From assembly GCA_963677925.2 (NCBI GenBank), contig CAXXYH010000004.1:800001-864000 (forward strand): a stretch of DNA of 64,000 nucleotides, given 5' to 3'. How positions within the stretch are numbered: the stretch's first letter is position 1; each line of letters begins with the position of its first letter. Source of the DNA: Spirochaetia bacterium (GTDB lineage Bacteria > Spirochaetota > Spirochaetia > UBA9216). This document shows positions 37,514 to 47,068 of this stretch, piece by piece. The position numbers were made by a program, and so were the translations under genes. A model generated the notes under the pieces. The model was not told the DNA's origin and did not search any database. It was given only the letters and a program-made list of their open reading frames with translations.

Positions 37514-39124
37514 ATGAAGAAGTATGTTTTTGTAACGGGCGGAGTCTGTTCCAGCCTGGGAAAAGGGGTCGCTGCGGCCTCTATCGGGACCCTTTTGGAA
37601 TGTCATGGACTGAGGGTCTGCATGGTCAAGATTGATCCATATCTGAATGTTGATGCCGGAACTATGAGCCCCTTCCAGCATGGAGAAGTTTACGTAACAG
37701 ATGACGGGGCTGAAACCGATCTGGACCTTGGAAACTATTTCCGGTTCACATCATCACCGGTCACAAAGAATCAGACAATAACCACCGGCCAGATTTATCA
37801 GGAAGTTATAAGAAAGGAACGTGAGGGACGCTACCTGGGACGTACTGTTCAGGTTATTCCCCATATAACTGACGAGATCAAACGCAGGATTTCTCTTGCG
37901 GGTAACGACAATGACTCTGAAGTTACAATAGTCGAAGTAGGAGGAACCGTCGGCGATATCGAATCGGTTCCCTATCTGGAAGCTGCAAGGCAGTTCAGTT
38001 CCGATGTCGGACGCGAGAATGTAGTTTTTGTACACCTCACACTCGTACCGATGGTAGCAGGCGAGGAATTCAAGACCAAGCCTACCCAGCATTCGGCCAA
38101 GGAACTGCGTGAGATAGGTATTCAGCCTGATGTTCTCCTCTGCCGTTCAACAAAGCCTCTTGATGACGAAATGAAGCGTAAAATTTCGCTTTTCACCAAT
38201 GTTGACAAGGACTGTGTAATCTCTGCATATGATGTAGACGGAACCATTTATGAAATTCCTCTTGTTTATGCCAATCAGGGATTCGATCGCATAGTTCTCA
38301 AAAGACTCGGTCTGGAATATGTTGAGCCGGATAAGTCAAAGTGGGAGAATGTCTCTGAAGTTTACAATAATCCGGCAGATACTATCAAAATTGGTATGGT
38401 CGGGAAGTATGTTGAACTCAACGATGCCTATAAGTCGATCAATGAAGCACTCTGTCACGGCGGAATAGCCAATGGAGTGAAGGTTGAAATTGTAAGGGTT
38501 GATTCCGAAAATCTTGAAAAAGATACTAAACAGCTCAAGCAGCTTGATAATCTCGACGGAATTCTCATTCCCGGCGGCTTCGGAAAGCGCGGTATTGAGG
38601 GGATGATTCTTGCGGCCAACTATGCAAGAACCAAAAATATTCCGATTCTCGGCATCTGTCTTGGAATGCAGATAATGGTAATCGAGTACGCCCGCTTTGT
38701 AGCCGGTCTTGCCGATGCAAACAGTACCGAGTTCCAGCCTGAATGCGAGGCTCCGGTAATCAGCCTGCTTGAAGAGCAGCTTGATGTAAAGGATTACGGC
38801 GGGACAATGCGTCTGGGCCGAAGCGAATCGCATCTGAAGGACGGAAGTCTTATCCGCGAATGCTACGGTACTCCGCTTATTCATGAGCGCCATCGCCACC
38901 GCTACGAGGTTTCGGTCAAATATCGTGAAATCCTTGAAGAGTCAGGCCTGATCATCGGCGGAACAACTCCCGGCAACCAGCTTGTAGAAGCTGTGCAGTG
39001 GCCCAACCACTGCTGGAGCACCGGTGTACAGTTCCACCCTGAGTTCACCTCAAAGCCCACAGACCCGCATCCGCTTTTCGCCGGATTTATCAAGGGCGCA
39101 ATGGAAAAAAAGAGCAGCAAATAG
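37514..39124 (+). CDS. pyrG: CTP synthase
   Basis: KYVFVTGGVCSSLGKG, DPYLNVDAGTMSP, GICLGMQ, QFHPEF. Confidence 0.97.
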   Translation: MKKYVFVTGGVCSSLGKGVAAASIGTLLECHGLRVCMVKIDPYLNVDAGTMSPFQHGEVYVTDDGAETDLDLGNYFRFTSSPVTKNQTITTGQIYQEVIRKEREGRYLGRTVQVIPHITDEIKRRISLAGNDNDSEVTIVEVGGTVGDIESVPYLEAARQFSSDVGRENVVFVHLTLVPMVAGEEFKTKPTQHSAKELREIGIQPDVLLCRSTKPLDDEMKRKISLFTNVDKDCVISAYDVDGTIYEIPLVYANQGFDRIVLKRLGLEYVEPDKSKWENVSEVYNNPADTIKIGMVGKYVELNDAYKSINEALCHGGIANGVKVEIVRVDSENLEKDTKQLKQLDNLDGILIPGGFGKRGIEGMILAANYARTKNIPILGICLGMQIMVIEYARFVAGLADANSTEFQPECEAPVISLLEEQLDVKDYGGTMRLGRSESHLKDGSLIRECYGTPLIHERHRHRYEVSVKYREILEESGLIIGGTTPGNQLVEAVQWPNHCWSTGVQFHPEFTSKPTDPHPLFAGFIKGAMEKKSSK

Positions 39125-39149
39125 TTTTGCGTTTAAGTTGATAATTCAG

Positions 39150-39178
39150 AACCCGGGCAGTAGTCCGGGTTTTTATTT
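39150..39178 (+). terminator. pyrG terminator
   Basis: AACCCGGGC-AGTA-GTCCGGGTT followed by T-tract. Confidence 0.8.
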
Positions 39179-39185
39179 GATAAAA

Positions 39186-39304
39186 AGAGTTGCTGAACTT
39201 CTTGCATTATACGAGAATCGTGAAGATCTTAAACAGGCTCTTGAGTATGCCGCAGCCAGTCTTGAAGATAAGATAATTGATTTAAAAACTGCATGAAATT
39301 TTAA
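39186..39304 (+). pseudogene. Remnant of a DUF433 antitoxin / PIN-toxin pair
   Basis: RVAELLALYENREDLKQALEYAAASLEDKIIDLKTA* overlapped (ATGA) by MKF*; no N-terminus. Confidence 0.55.
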
Positions 39305-39312
39305 TGTGATAT

Positions 39313-41190
39313 TTACCATTCATCATCTTTAGTCGACTCACGCAGGGTCTCAATTCCTGCATTAATAATATCTTTGTCATTTTCTGATTTCCCCATCTGG
39401 CGCAGCTGGGTGTGGTAGAGTCCTGCATAGTAGCCATTTTGCCTGATCAGCTCATCATGACTGCCTGTTTCGATAACCCGTCCGTCACGCATTACGTAGA
39501 TTCTGTCCGCCTGCCTTACAGATGCTATCTTGTGGCTGATCATGATTAGACACCGTCCTTCAGCAAGTCCGGGGAGGCTGTCGATAAACTCTGTCTCGGC
39601 TATCGGATCGAGGTTGGCCGTAGGTTCATCGAGGATGACGATGGGTGCTTCGCGAAAAAGTGCTCGGGCCAGGGCAAGTTTCTTCCACTGGCCGCCGCTC
39701 AGCTGGCTGCCGTCCTCTATGTAGCGTCCGAGCATTGTGTCGTATCCCTGCGGCAGGCTCTCAAGTGTTTTATCAATTCCTGCCTTCCGGGCTGCTTCAG
39801 CAATGTTCTCCGTATTCTTATCTTTTGTTATATCACCAAGCCAGATATTCTCTGCGGCGGAGTAGTGATAGTCGGTAAAATCCTGCTGCAGGACGGCCAT
39901 ATATGAACGTATTGAATCCTCATTCAGGGTACGCATATCCGTACCGTTTAACATTACTATTCCTTCAGAGGGATCATAGAACCTTGAAAGCAGTTTGGTG
40001 AGCGTCGATTTTCCGGCACCGTTGTCGCCGACAATCGCGATAAACTCCTGCGATCCGGCTTCTATGTTAATATTCTGCAGCACCTTTCTGTCGATTCCAG
40101 GGTAGGAGAAGCTGACATTTTTTATAATTATGCCGCTTCTGTTGCCTCCCTGGCTGCTTGTTTCCGCGGAGACTTCGCTTTCATTCTTTTTGATTGCTGG
40201 TTCAAGGTCCATAAAGTCGTAGACATTCTGGAGATAGAGGGTCGATTCATACAATACCGCTCCGCCCTGAAGCAGATCGCCTAAAACCTGCTGTCCCTTC
40301 TGTATAGCCTGAAAAAACAGGACCAGATCTCCAAGCGACCCGTCTGAATAGATGCTGTTGTACGCGAAATACCCGATAAGCCCTGCAGTTACCGCAGCCT
40401 GAATTCCTGTTGTAATAAACTCACCTCTTGTCCGTTTTGCAGAAAGCTCCAGCCTGCCGCTTCGCAGGTCATCCCTGCCTTTTTGAGATCGTTCTTTCAG
40501 CAGCTTTCCGAGTCCTAACAGGCGTAATTCTCGGGCATGGCCCTGTCCTGTAAGCAGCCAGTTGAGGTAATCGACGCGTCTTGCCGCTGTAGTGTTCTTC
40601 ATATACCAGGCGTAGGAGCGCTTTGAATTGACGATCCTGACGGCAACCATGGGAAGGGCTGTTATAACGAGAATGATTACGATATACCATGGCAGTGTGA
40701 CTATCAGCAGTCCGGCTATTCCGGCGGTAGAAATTCCTGAACGGATTATACCCATCAGGTTATTTATAATCTGGGCCGGCAGGGTAGGCGCTTCCTGCTG
40801 GGCACGGTGCATTTTATCAAAAAAATCGGGATTATCATAAAATGACAGATCCAGTTCAAGTGACTTATCCTGAATCAGTTCCTGCATGTAGTCGACCAGT
40901 ATAAGAGACTGCTTGTTGCTGATGTAGCCGCCCACAGATTTTAAAAGGGCATTCAGGATTATAGCTCCGCCGATTGCGATAACATAAGGCAGGATCCGAC
41001 CAAAAGGCTGCTGCGTTGCAACTGCGTCGACTATCAGTTTTATAATGTACACAGGAACAATGGGCAGGGCGCCCTGAAGAAACATAATCAGAAAAGATGC
41101 CGCAGTCAGGCTCCTGCAGCAGTTCCATACAAGCTTTACCGTGCGTGTGATAAGACGAAGATCGCTGATTCGCTTTTTCAGAATTCCCAA
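39313..41190 (-). CDS. ABC exporter (fused TMD-NBD), peptide/RiPP-export-like
   Basis: Six TM segments, then GDNGAGKST, LSGGQWKKLALAR, LDEPTANLD. Confidence 0.88.
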   Translation of the reverse strand: MGILKKRISDLRLITRTVKLVWNCCRSLTAASFLIMFLQGALPIVPVYIIKLIVDAVATQQPFGRILPYVIAIGGAIILNALLKSVGGYISNKQSLILVDYMQELIQDKSLELDLSFYDNPDFFDKMHRAQQEAPTLPAQIINNLMGIIRSGISTAGIAGLLIVTLPWYIVIILVITALPMVAVRIVNSKRSYAWYMKNTTAARRVDYLNWLLTGQGHARELRLLGLGKLLKERSQKGRDDLRSGRLELSAKRTRGEFITTGIQAAVTAGLIGYFAYNSIYSDGSLGDLVLFFQAIQKGQQVLGDLLQGGAVLYESTLYLQNVYDFMDLEPAIKKNESEVSAETSSQGGNRSGIIIKNVSFSYPGIDRKVLQNINIEAGSQEFIAIVGDNGAGKSTLTKLLSRFYDPSEGIVMLNGTDMRTLNEDSIRSYMAVLQQDFTDYHYSAAENIWLGDITKDKNTENIAEAARKAGIDKTLESLPQGYDTMLGRYIEDGSQLSGGQWKKLALARALFREAPIVILDEPTANLDPIAETEFIDSLPGLAEGRCLIMISHKIASVRQADRIYVMRDGRVIETGSHDELIRQNGYYAGLYHTQLRQMGKSENDKDIINAGIETLRESTKDDEW

Positions 41191-41259
41191 TTTCTAATCC
41201 TTGTTCCAGATAAAATAAAGTATTGCATTAAAAGAGTGAAAAAAGAAGGGCCTGAAAAT

Positions 41260-41290
41260 AAAAAAAAGGAAGCCGTCTGTACCGGCTTCC
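41260..41290 (-). terminator. Terminator after the small peptide gene
   Basis: GGAAGCCG/CGGCTTCC stem plus U8 on the minus strand. Confidence 0.8.
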
Positions 41291-41313
41291 CTGAATATGC
41301 ATACTAAAATGAT

Positions 41314-41523
41314 TTATGGATTCTTGTGCCTGCCGAAAGGCCAGTGAAAATCATGGTCCTTTCCGTTGTTGCCGAATTTATAGGGATTATTACCCTTGAA
41401 GCCAAAGGCATTTCCAATACCATTGTTGCCCGGATTTCCGTTTGATACAACGTGATAGCGTCCGAAAACACCGAACTCCAGTTTTTCACTATGAACAACC
41501 GGTTTTGTATATGTTTTTTTCAT
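41314..41523 (-). CDS. 69-aa RiPP-precursor-like peptide
   Basis: GGAGG RBS, leader MKKTYTKPVV (YxxP), Gly/Asn/aromatic-rich C-terminal part, own terminator. Confidence 0.7.
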   Translation of the reverse strand: MKKTYTKPVVHSEKLEFGVFGRYHVVSNGNPGNNGIGNAFGFKGNNPYKFGNNGKDHDFHWPFGRHKNP

Positions 41524-41743
41524 AAAATTCCTCCAAAAGATATAAAAAGCCAAAATATTTTTATATCAATACTGTTTAATTATACCACTGATTCATATAT
41601 AAACAAGATTTCCGGCAGGCTGAAAAGTATGATTTTAACATAATGATTTATTACTAGTAGTTTAACGCAAAGTATAAAAATGATACCGCTATGTTTTATA
41701 CAGTGCGTTGTTTATATAATTTCCGGCCTGTATAATTGCTTAC

Positions 41744-42934
41744 ATGAATATGACTAACCACCCGTCCGAAAAGCTGTGGACGCGCCAATACAACCTGATA
41801 ATGCTGCTTAACCTCTCATCCTTTATTGTGCATTTTATCCTTCTGGTAGCCATGCCGCTTTACATAAAATCCATCGGCGGCAATAATACAGCTGCCGGGC
41901 TTGCAACGGGTATTTACTCCTTCTCTGCGATGTTAATGCGCCCGGTAATCGGCTATTTTCTTGATAACCACGGCAGAAAGATGATAACTCTACTTGGATT
42001 TATTCCGATGATAGCCGGTGTTATCATGCTCAATTTCACAGATTCGGTTACTCTTAACCTTGTAATAAGATTGATACAGGGTATCGGTTTTTCAATAATC
42101 TCAACCGCTTTTGCTACAATTGTTACCGACCTTGTTCCCAAGTCAAGAATGTCTGAGGGGATCGGCTACTATGCAGTTGTTGTAACTGTATGCAATGCAG
42201 TCGGCCCGCTGATCGGTCTGACAATTCTCGGCGCCTTCGGCTACGACTTTCTTTTTATGATAATTGTACCGTTGAGTTTTGTTTCAGTGATTCTCGCCTT
42301 TTTTCTGAGTAAGGATAAAAGAGAGCTTCATCACGATGATACACCGGTAAAGGGGCTTGCACTTCTTAAAAAAGTATACTCAATCGAACCCAAGGCAATT
42401 CCGGCGTCAATCATGATGGTTCTGGCATCACTTTCCTATGGCGCTCTGATAACCTTTGTTGCCTCTTACGGTTATTCCCTTGGAATTGAAAACATGCAGT
42501 TCTTTTTTGTCATATATCCTGTCATGGTAATTCTATCAAGGCTCTTTGCCGGTAAGGCCGGAGACCGATTTGGTTATCAGGTGGTAATTATTCCGGGGAT
42601 GGTTCTTGCCGTAATTGCCCTGCTGATGATTGCAGGGGCGAAATCAATGTTGGCTTTTTCAATAGCAGCCGCCTTATACGGTGTAGGCTACGGAACTCTT
42701 CAGCCGACGTTCAATGCAATAGCGGTAAAGGATGTTGATCAGAAAAGAAGGGGCGCGGCTAATGCCACCTTCTACATTGCCCTTGATCTGGGAATTGGCG
42801 GAGGTTCGATACTGCTTGGATACATATCAAACTACCTTGGATATTCGGCAATTTATATCATATCCGCAGTATCAGTAGCGCTCAGCCTTGTGATATACCT
42901 GTTCAGCAGATATTTGCGTAATTCTCAAAGTTAA
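41744..42934 (+). CDS. MFS transporter
   Basis: About 12 TM segments, GYFLDNHGRK and GKAGDRFG motifs; TTGTTT-N17-TATAAT promoter 7 nt before ATG. Confidence 0.9.
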   Translation: MNMTNHPSEKLWTRQYNLIMLLNLSSFIVHFILLVAMPLYIKSIGGNNTAAGLATGIYSFSAMLMRPVIGYFLDNHGRKMITLLGFIPMIAGVIMLNFTDSVTLNLVIRLIQGIGFSIISTAFATIVTDLVPKSRMSEGIGYYAVVVTVCNAVGPLIGLTILGAFGYDFLFMIIVPLSFVSVILAFFLSKDKRELHHDDTPVKGLALLKKVYSIEPKAIPASIMMVLASLSYGALITFVASYGYSLGIENMQFFFVIYPVMVILSRLFAGKAGDRFGYQVVIIPGMVLAVIALLMIAGAKSMLAFSIAAALYGVGYGTLQPTFNAIAVKDVDQKRRGAANATFYIALDLGIGGGSILLGYISNYLGYSAIYIISAVSVALSLVIYLFSRYLRNSQS

Positions 42935-44261
42935 TCCAGATGTCTCCGAATATTGACTCGGGGACTTCGCCCTTCCTGTAGAACATCAGTTTTCCCTTGT
43001 CCAGTGCCTCCGCTATTTTCTGCCACGCCATTTCAGTCTCGCGTGAACTTACAAATATTGTATGATCGCCGCGCAGTGCGTCCATCAGCAGTTTCTGATA
43101 GGCCTCAGGGATGTCCTCGTCAAAGCTGTCATTGTAGCAGAAAGCCATGTCGGTACGGCTTAACTGGAGTTCCATTCCCGGGTTTTTTCCTGTAAGCTGG
43201 AGGATGATGCCCTCTGAGGGCTGAACCTTGAAGATGATCTCGTTGGCTTCGGTTCCCTCGGGAGGGTTGTAGAGTGCGTGGGGCCGCTTTCTGAACCTCA
43301 GTCCGATTTCAGTCCCCTTTCTGTCCAGGGCCTTGCCTGTCCTGATGTAAACAGGGGTTCCCGCCCAGCGGTGATTGTTTATCTTGAGCTTCATTTCTGC
43401 CCAGGTTTCAGTATTTGACTCCGGATCTACATCCTTCTCTTCAGTGTAGCCGATATACTGGCCCCGTTTGAACTCTTCAATCTCAAGGGATTTAAGGATG
43501 CTGAACTTCTGAATACGGATATCCTCCGGATCGAGGCTGACCGGCGGATCCATGGTGATTAGGCATAACATCTGCAGCAGATGATTCTGAATCATGTCGC
43601 GGATTGAGCCTGATGTATCAAAATACTGACCGCGCTCTTCAACTCCGATCGACTCAAATGCGCTTATCTGGATTGATTCGATGTAATTGCTGTTCCACGA
43701 TGCTTCAAATATTGAGTTTGCAAAACGGAAAATCAGAATGTTCTGGACTGCTTCTTTTGCAAGGTAGTGATCACTACGGAATATCTGGTCTTCAGGATAG
43801 TAGCGGTGAATAGCCTCGTTGAGGGCTCTGGCACTGTCGTAATCGCGTCCGAAGGGTTTTTCTATAACTATACTCACTTCGTCCCGGAAGCCCTCGTTAT
43901 AGAGCTCCTCGATGGTCCCTGCATAACTTTCGGGGGGAAGCGACAGGAATATGATGATGCGTTTAAACTCGCCCTTTGCAAGGGTGTATTCGCGGAGCCC
44001 TTTCAGTCCCTGGTAGTAGAACATCTGTGCTGCAAATTCGTCTGTAACTTCGAAGCGATTGCGAAAGCTTTCATCGGTAAACGCGCTTCTTCCTTCTCCT
44101 ATGATTATCGAATCGCCGCTTATCATGTTCTGTTCACGCAGTGTGGAAAGTGCGGGTATCAGCTTGCGCTTTGCAAGGTCTCCGGATGCCCCGAGGATTA
44201 TTATGGCTGATTTTTCAGCCGGGTTTACTGTTTTTTTTGTGCCTACTTTAGGAAACTTCAT
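42903..44261 (-). CDS. zwf: Glucose-6-phosphate 1-dehydrogenase
   Basis: GASGDLAKRKLIPAL, IEKPFG, RSDHYLAKE, RDMIQNHLLQ. Confidence 0.93.
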   Translation of the reverse strand: MKFPKVGTKKTVNPAEKSAIIILGASGDLAKRKLIPALSTLREQNMISGDSIIIGEGRSAFTDESFRNRFEVTDEFAAQMFYYQGLKGLREYTLAKGEFKRIIIFLSLPPESYAGTIEELYNEGFRDEVSIVIEKPFGRDYDSARALNEAIHRYYPEDQIFRSDHYLAKEAVQNILIFRFANSIFEASWNSNYIESIQISAFESIGVEERGQYFDTSGSIRDMIQNHLLQMLCLITMDPPVSLDPEDIRIQKFSILKSLEIEEFKRGQYIGYTEEKDVDPESNTETWAEMKLKINNHRWAGTPVYIRTGKALDRKGTEIGLRFRKRPHALYNPPEGTEANEIIFKVQPSEGIILQLTGKNPGMELQLSRTDMAFCYNDSFDEDIPEAYQKLLMDALRGDHTIFVSSRETEMAWQKIAEALDKGKLMFYRKGEVPESIFGDIWINFENYANIC

Positions 44262-44989
44262 TTCAGGTAATTCTCCATAAGCTGGTGGTTTATCTTTGAA
44301 GCACAGGCTTCATCTATCAGAAAGCTTGTTTTCATGCCAAGCTCTCCCCGTCTTTTTATTATTCGCACCGGCGGCAGCATGTGATCGAGGTTAAGGATAT
44401 CAGATGCGACTCCCGATTTCTTGTCTCCGGTTATGATGATGACAAGGTCTCCGGCTGATGCTATAACTTCAGGTCCCAATGTAAGCCTTTCAGGCGGATT
44501 GAAGGGAGCCGTTGTCTCGAGAACGAGGGCTTTCCATTCCGGATCCTCGGATTCCGGACATGAGCCGGGGAAGAGGCTTGCCGTATGACCGTCGGGTCCG
44601 ATTCCAAGGAATACGAGGTCAAACATCGGCTTATTCTTCTTAAACCAGTTTGAGACTGTCTTTTCATATTTGACCTTGTCCGATGCAAAGCGTTTCAGAT
44701 CCGCTTCGGTGCCGAACTCCGACATGAAGATCTTCCAGATGGTTCCCCAGTTGCTTGCCGCGTTGTCAAAATCAACAAGTCTTTCATCTGCTGCAAAAAA
44801 GGAGGGCAGATCAAGCTGTTCACCCGCGGCAGCTTTCTGTCTGAAAATTTCTTCCCAGAAAGCGTAGATCTCAGTGTATGTAGAACCGCATGAGAGCGCT
44901 GCTGATTTATCCTGTCCTTTTCCGATAAGCATTCCTGCGGTCTGCTCCGCAATTGAATGCGGATTGTCAAAAACTTTTAATTCTATCAT
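44258..44989 (-). CDS. pgl: 6-phosphogluconolactonase
   Basis: ADERLV, DLVFLGIGPDGHTASLFP, RLTL. Confidence 0.88.
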   Translation of the reverse strand: MIELKVFDNPHSIAEQTAGMLIGKGQDKSAALSCGSTYTEIYAFWEEIFRQKAAAGEQLDLPSFFAADERLVDFDNAASNWGTIWKIFMSEFGTEADLKRFASDKVKYEKTVSNWFKKNKPMFDLVFLGIGPDGHTASLFPGSCPESEDPEWKALVLETTAPFNPPERLTLGPEVIASAGDLVIIITGDKKSGVASDILNLDHMLPPVRIIKRRGELGMKTSFLIDEACASKINHQLMENYLK

Positions 44990-45006
44990 TGCAGAATCCT
45001 CCGGAA

Positions 45007-46506
45007 TTAAACGTTGTACGCGGTTGATGAAGCGGTTCCGCCGTGACCGGTCCAGTCTGTATGAAAGAACTCGCCCCTCGGTTTGTCGGTTCTCTCGTAC
45101 ATGTGTCCGCCGAAGTAGTCCCGCTGTGCCTGAATCAGGTTGGCAGGCATCTTTTCGGTCCTGAATCCGTCAAAGTAGGCAAGGGCTGATGAAATTCCGG
45201 GTACCGGGATGCCCCATAAAGCTGCACGGGCTATGGTTCGCCTCCATCCGGGAAGGATTTCCTTCATGGTTTTTACAAACCAGTCATCGAAAAGCAGATG
45301 CTTAAGATTAGTATCCTTTTCAAAGGCTTTCTTGATAGGATTAAGCAGATAGCTTCGGATGATGCATCCTCCCTGCCATATTTCGGCAATTCCTGCCATA
45401 TCGAGTTTCCAGTCATATTCAGCTGATGCTGCCCTGAGCATCGCAAAACCCTGGGCATAAGAGATAATCCGTGAAGCGAGCATCGCATCCTTTATGTCGT
45501 CAAGCATCTGCTGCTGAGTATCACCGCCGGGAACCAACGCTCCTGCGTCAAGCGGGGCTCCCTCGATAATTTTGGAGGCTTCAACACGTGTATCCTTCAC
45601 AGAGGATAGCGCTCTGGCAAAGACTGCCTCGCTTATAACGGTGACAGGCTGACCAAGGTTGAAGCTTTCCTCAACTGTCCATTTGCCCGTACCCTTCTGG
45701 CCGGCTGCGTCGACTATCTTGTCAACAAGCGGTTTGCCGTCTGTGTCTTTGTATGTAAGGATCTTGGCAGTTATTTCATTAAGGAAGCCTGAGAGTTCAG
45801 TATTATTCCATCCCTTAAATACTTCGGCAGCTTCATCTCGGCTTAAGCCGACATCTTCTGCAGGGCACATCAGGTGGAAGGCTTCGGAGATGATCTGCAT
45901 ATCGCCGTATTCAATTCCGTTGTGGACCATCTTTACAAAATGTCCGGATCCGCCGCCGCCTGTCCATCGGCAGCATCTGAAATCCTTTCCGCTGGCATCA
46001 GATGCTTCGGCGCTGATTGAAACAAGAACCTTCTCAAGCAGTTCTTTTGCCTCGGTTCCTCCGCCGGGCATAATGGATGGTCCTCGTCTTGCGCCTTCCT
46101 CTCCGCCTGAAACGCCAACACCGGCATACAGAATGCCCTTTTCGGCCATTTCTGTGATACGGCGTTCGCTGTCTTTGAAGTAGGAATTACCTAGATCTGC
46201 AATAAGATCGCCTTTCTCAAGGTAGGGAAGTATTGATTTAATAACAGCATCGACACTTGCCCCGGCTTTTACCATCAGAAGTATTCGTCTAGGACGGCTG
46301 ATTGATGCGACAAAATCCTTAAGCTCATGAAAGGGAATAATCTTATCAGGTGATTTGCTTGTTTCAAGCCCGTTTTTGACAAAATCATCAGTCTTTTCTA
46401 ATGAGCGGTTGTAAACAGCAACACTGTAGCCATGGTCAGCAAGGTTAAGAACAAGGTTCTGGCCCATTACAGCAAGGCCTATTAATCCGATATCTGCATT
46501 TTTCAT
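45007..46506 (-). CDS. gnd: 6-phosphogluconate dehydrogenase (NADP, decarboxylating)
   Basis: GLAVMGQNL, GHFVKMVHNGIEYGDMQ, ANLIQAQRDYFG. Confidence 0.96.
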   Translation of the reverse strand: MKNADIGLIGLAVMGQNLVLNLADHGYSVAVYNRSLEKTDDFVKNGLETSKSPDKIIPFHELKDFVASISRPRRILLMVKAGASVDAVIKSILPYLEKGDLIADLGNSYFKDSERRITEMAEKGILYAGVGVSGGEEGARRGPSIMPGGGTEAKELLEKVLVSISAEASDASGKDFRCCRWTGGGGSGHFVKMVHNGIEYGDMQIISEAFHLMCPAEDVGLSRDEAAEVFKGWNNTELSGFLNEITAKILTYKDTDGKPLVDKIVDAAGQKGTGKWTVEESFNLGQPVTVISEAVFARALSSVKDTRVEASKIIEGAPLDAGALVPGGDTQQQMLDDIKDAMLASRIISYAQGFAMLRAASAEYDWKLDMAGIAEIWQGGCIIRSYLLNPIKKAFEKDTNLKHLLFDDWFVKTMKEILPGWRRTIARAALWGIPVPGISSALAYFDGFRTEKMPANLIQAQRDYFGGHMYERTDKPRGEFFHTDWTGHGGTASSTAYNV

Positions 46507-46617
46507 GATTTAATTATAGTAAAAATAACCTGAAGAGGAAATCTTTATTTTTACCTCCGTTTTATATGCGCCGCTCATCACATAAATGTATAATTGTTGC
46601 GCCAATAAGTTTATTAA

Positions 46618-46646
46618 AATATATGGAGGTTTTTAGGGTTTGTCAA
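46618..46646 (-). promoter_or_regulatory. Sigma70 promoter upstream of gnd-pgl-zwf
   Basis: Minus strand TTGACA-N17-TATATT. Confidence 0.6.
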
Positions 46647-46747
46647 TATTAGTTGAAATTTAGTATTGGGGACAATCCGGGAAGAAGGTCTCCGGGTTGG
46701 CCGTGTAAGCGGGAAACTGAATAAAAAACTAAAAATTTATACCAAAG

Positions 46748-47068
46748 CTAATCAAGCTTTTGTATGGATATTTCGACATTTGCCGGGAGTGCCAGTGCGC
46801 ATGCAGCTTCAGCTGCTTTAAGAACGGCCGTAGGTACCGGGCAAACAGGATGTGAAAGGGTAGTTTCTGCGGCTTTGAATACGTTTGAGGTTCCGAATGG
46901 GGAAAAGACTTCTTTCATCGCATCAACGGTTTTCACCTGCTCAGCGTATTTTAGCACAGCGGGGCAATCTGATTGTATTGTTACGGTTGCAGTCATCATA
47001 TCTGGTGATTCGGCTCTGATAACTGATTTCAGTCCGCATGCACCTGGGTTTACTTTGGCTTCTATCAT
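46748..47068 (-). CDS. Small conserved Cys-containing protein (DUF6951-like)
   Basis: MIEAKVNPGACG...SDCP...HPVCPVPTAVLKAAE; AAGGAG RBS. Confidence 0.7.
   Translation of the reverse strand: MIEAKVNPGACGLKSVIRAESPDMMTATVTIQSDCPAVLKYAEQVKTVDAMKEVFSPFGTSNVFKAAETTLSHPVCPVPTAVLKAAEAACALALPANVEISIQKLD

Noticed and set aside
39024-39296. 90-aa ORF as a real gene
   Set aside because: It overlaps the end of pyrG and its terminator; only the last ~36 codons look protein-like (TA remnant).
43755-43782. zwf motif RSDHYLAKE instead of RIDHYLGKE
   Set aside because: The key Asp, His and Lys are retained; likely normal variation.
46669-46720. SRP RNA or c-di-GMP riboswitch
   Set aside because: It lacks the SRP helix-8 motif and the GEMM consensus; kept only as a weak sRNA candidate.
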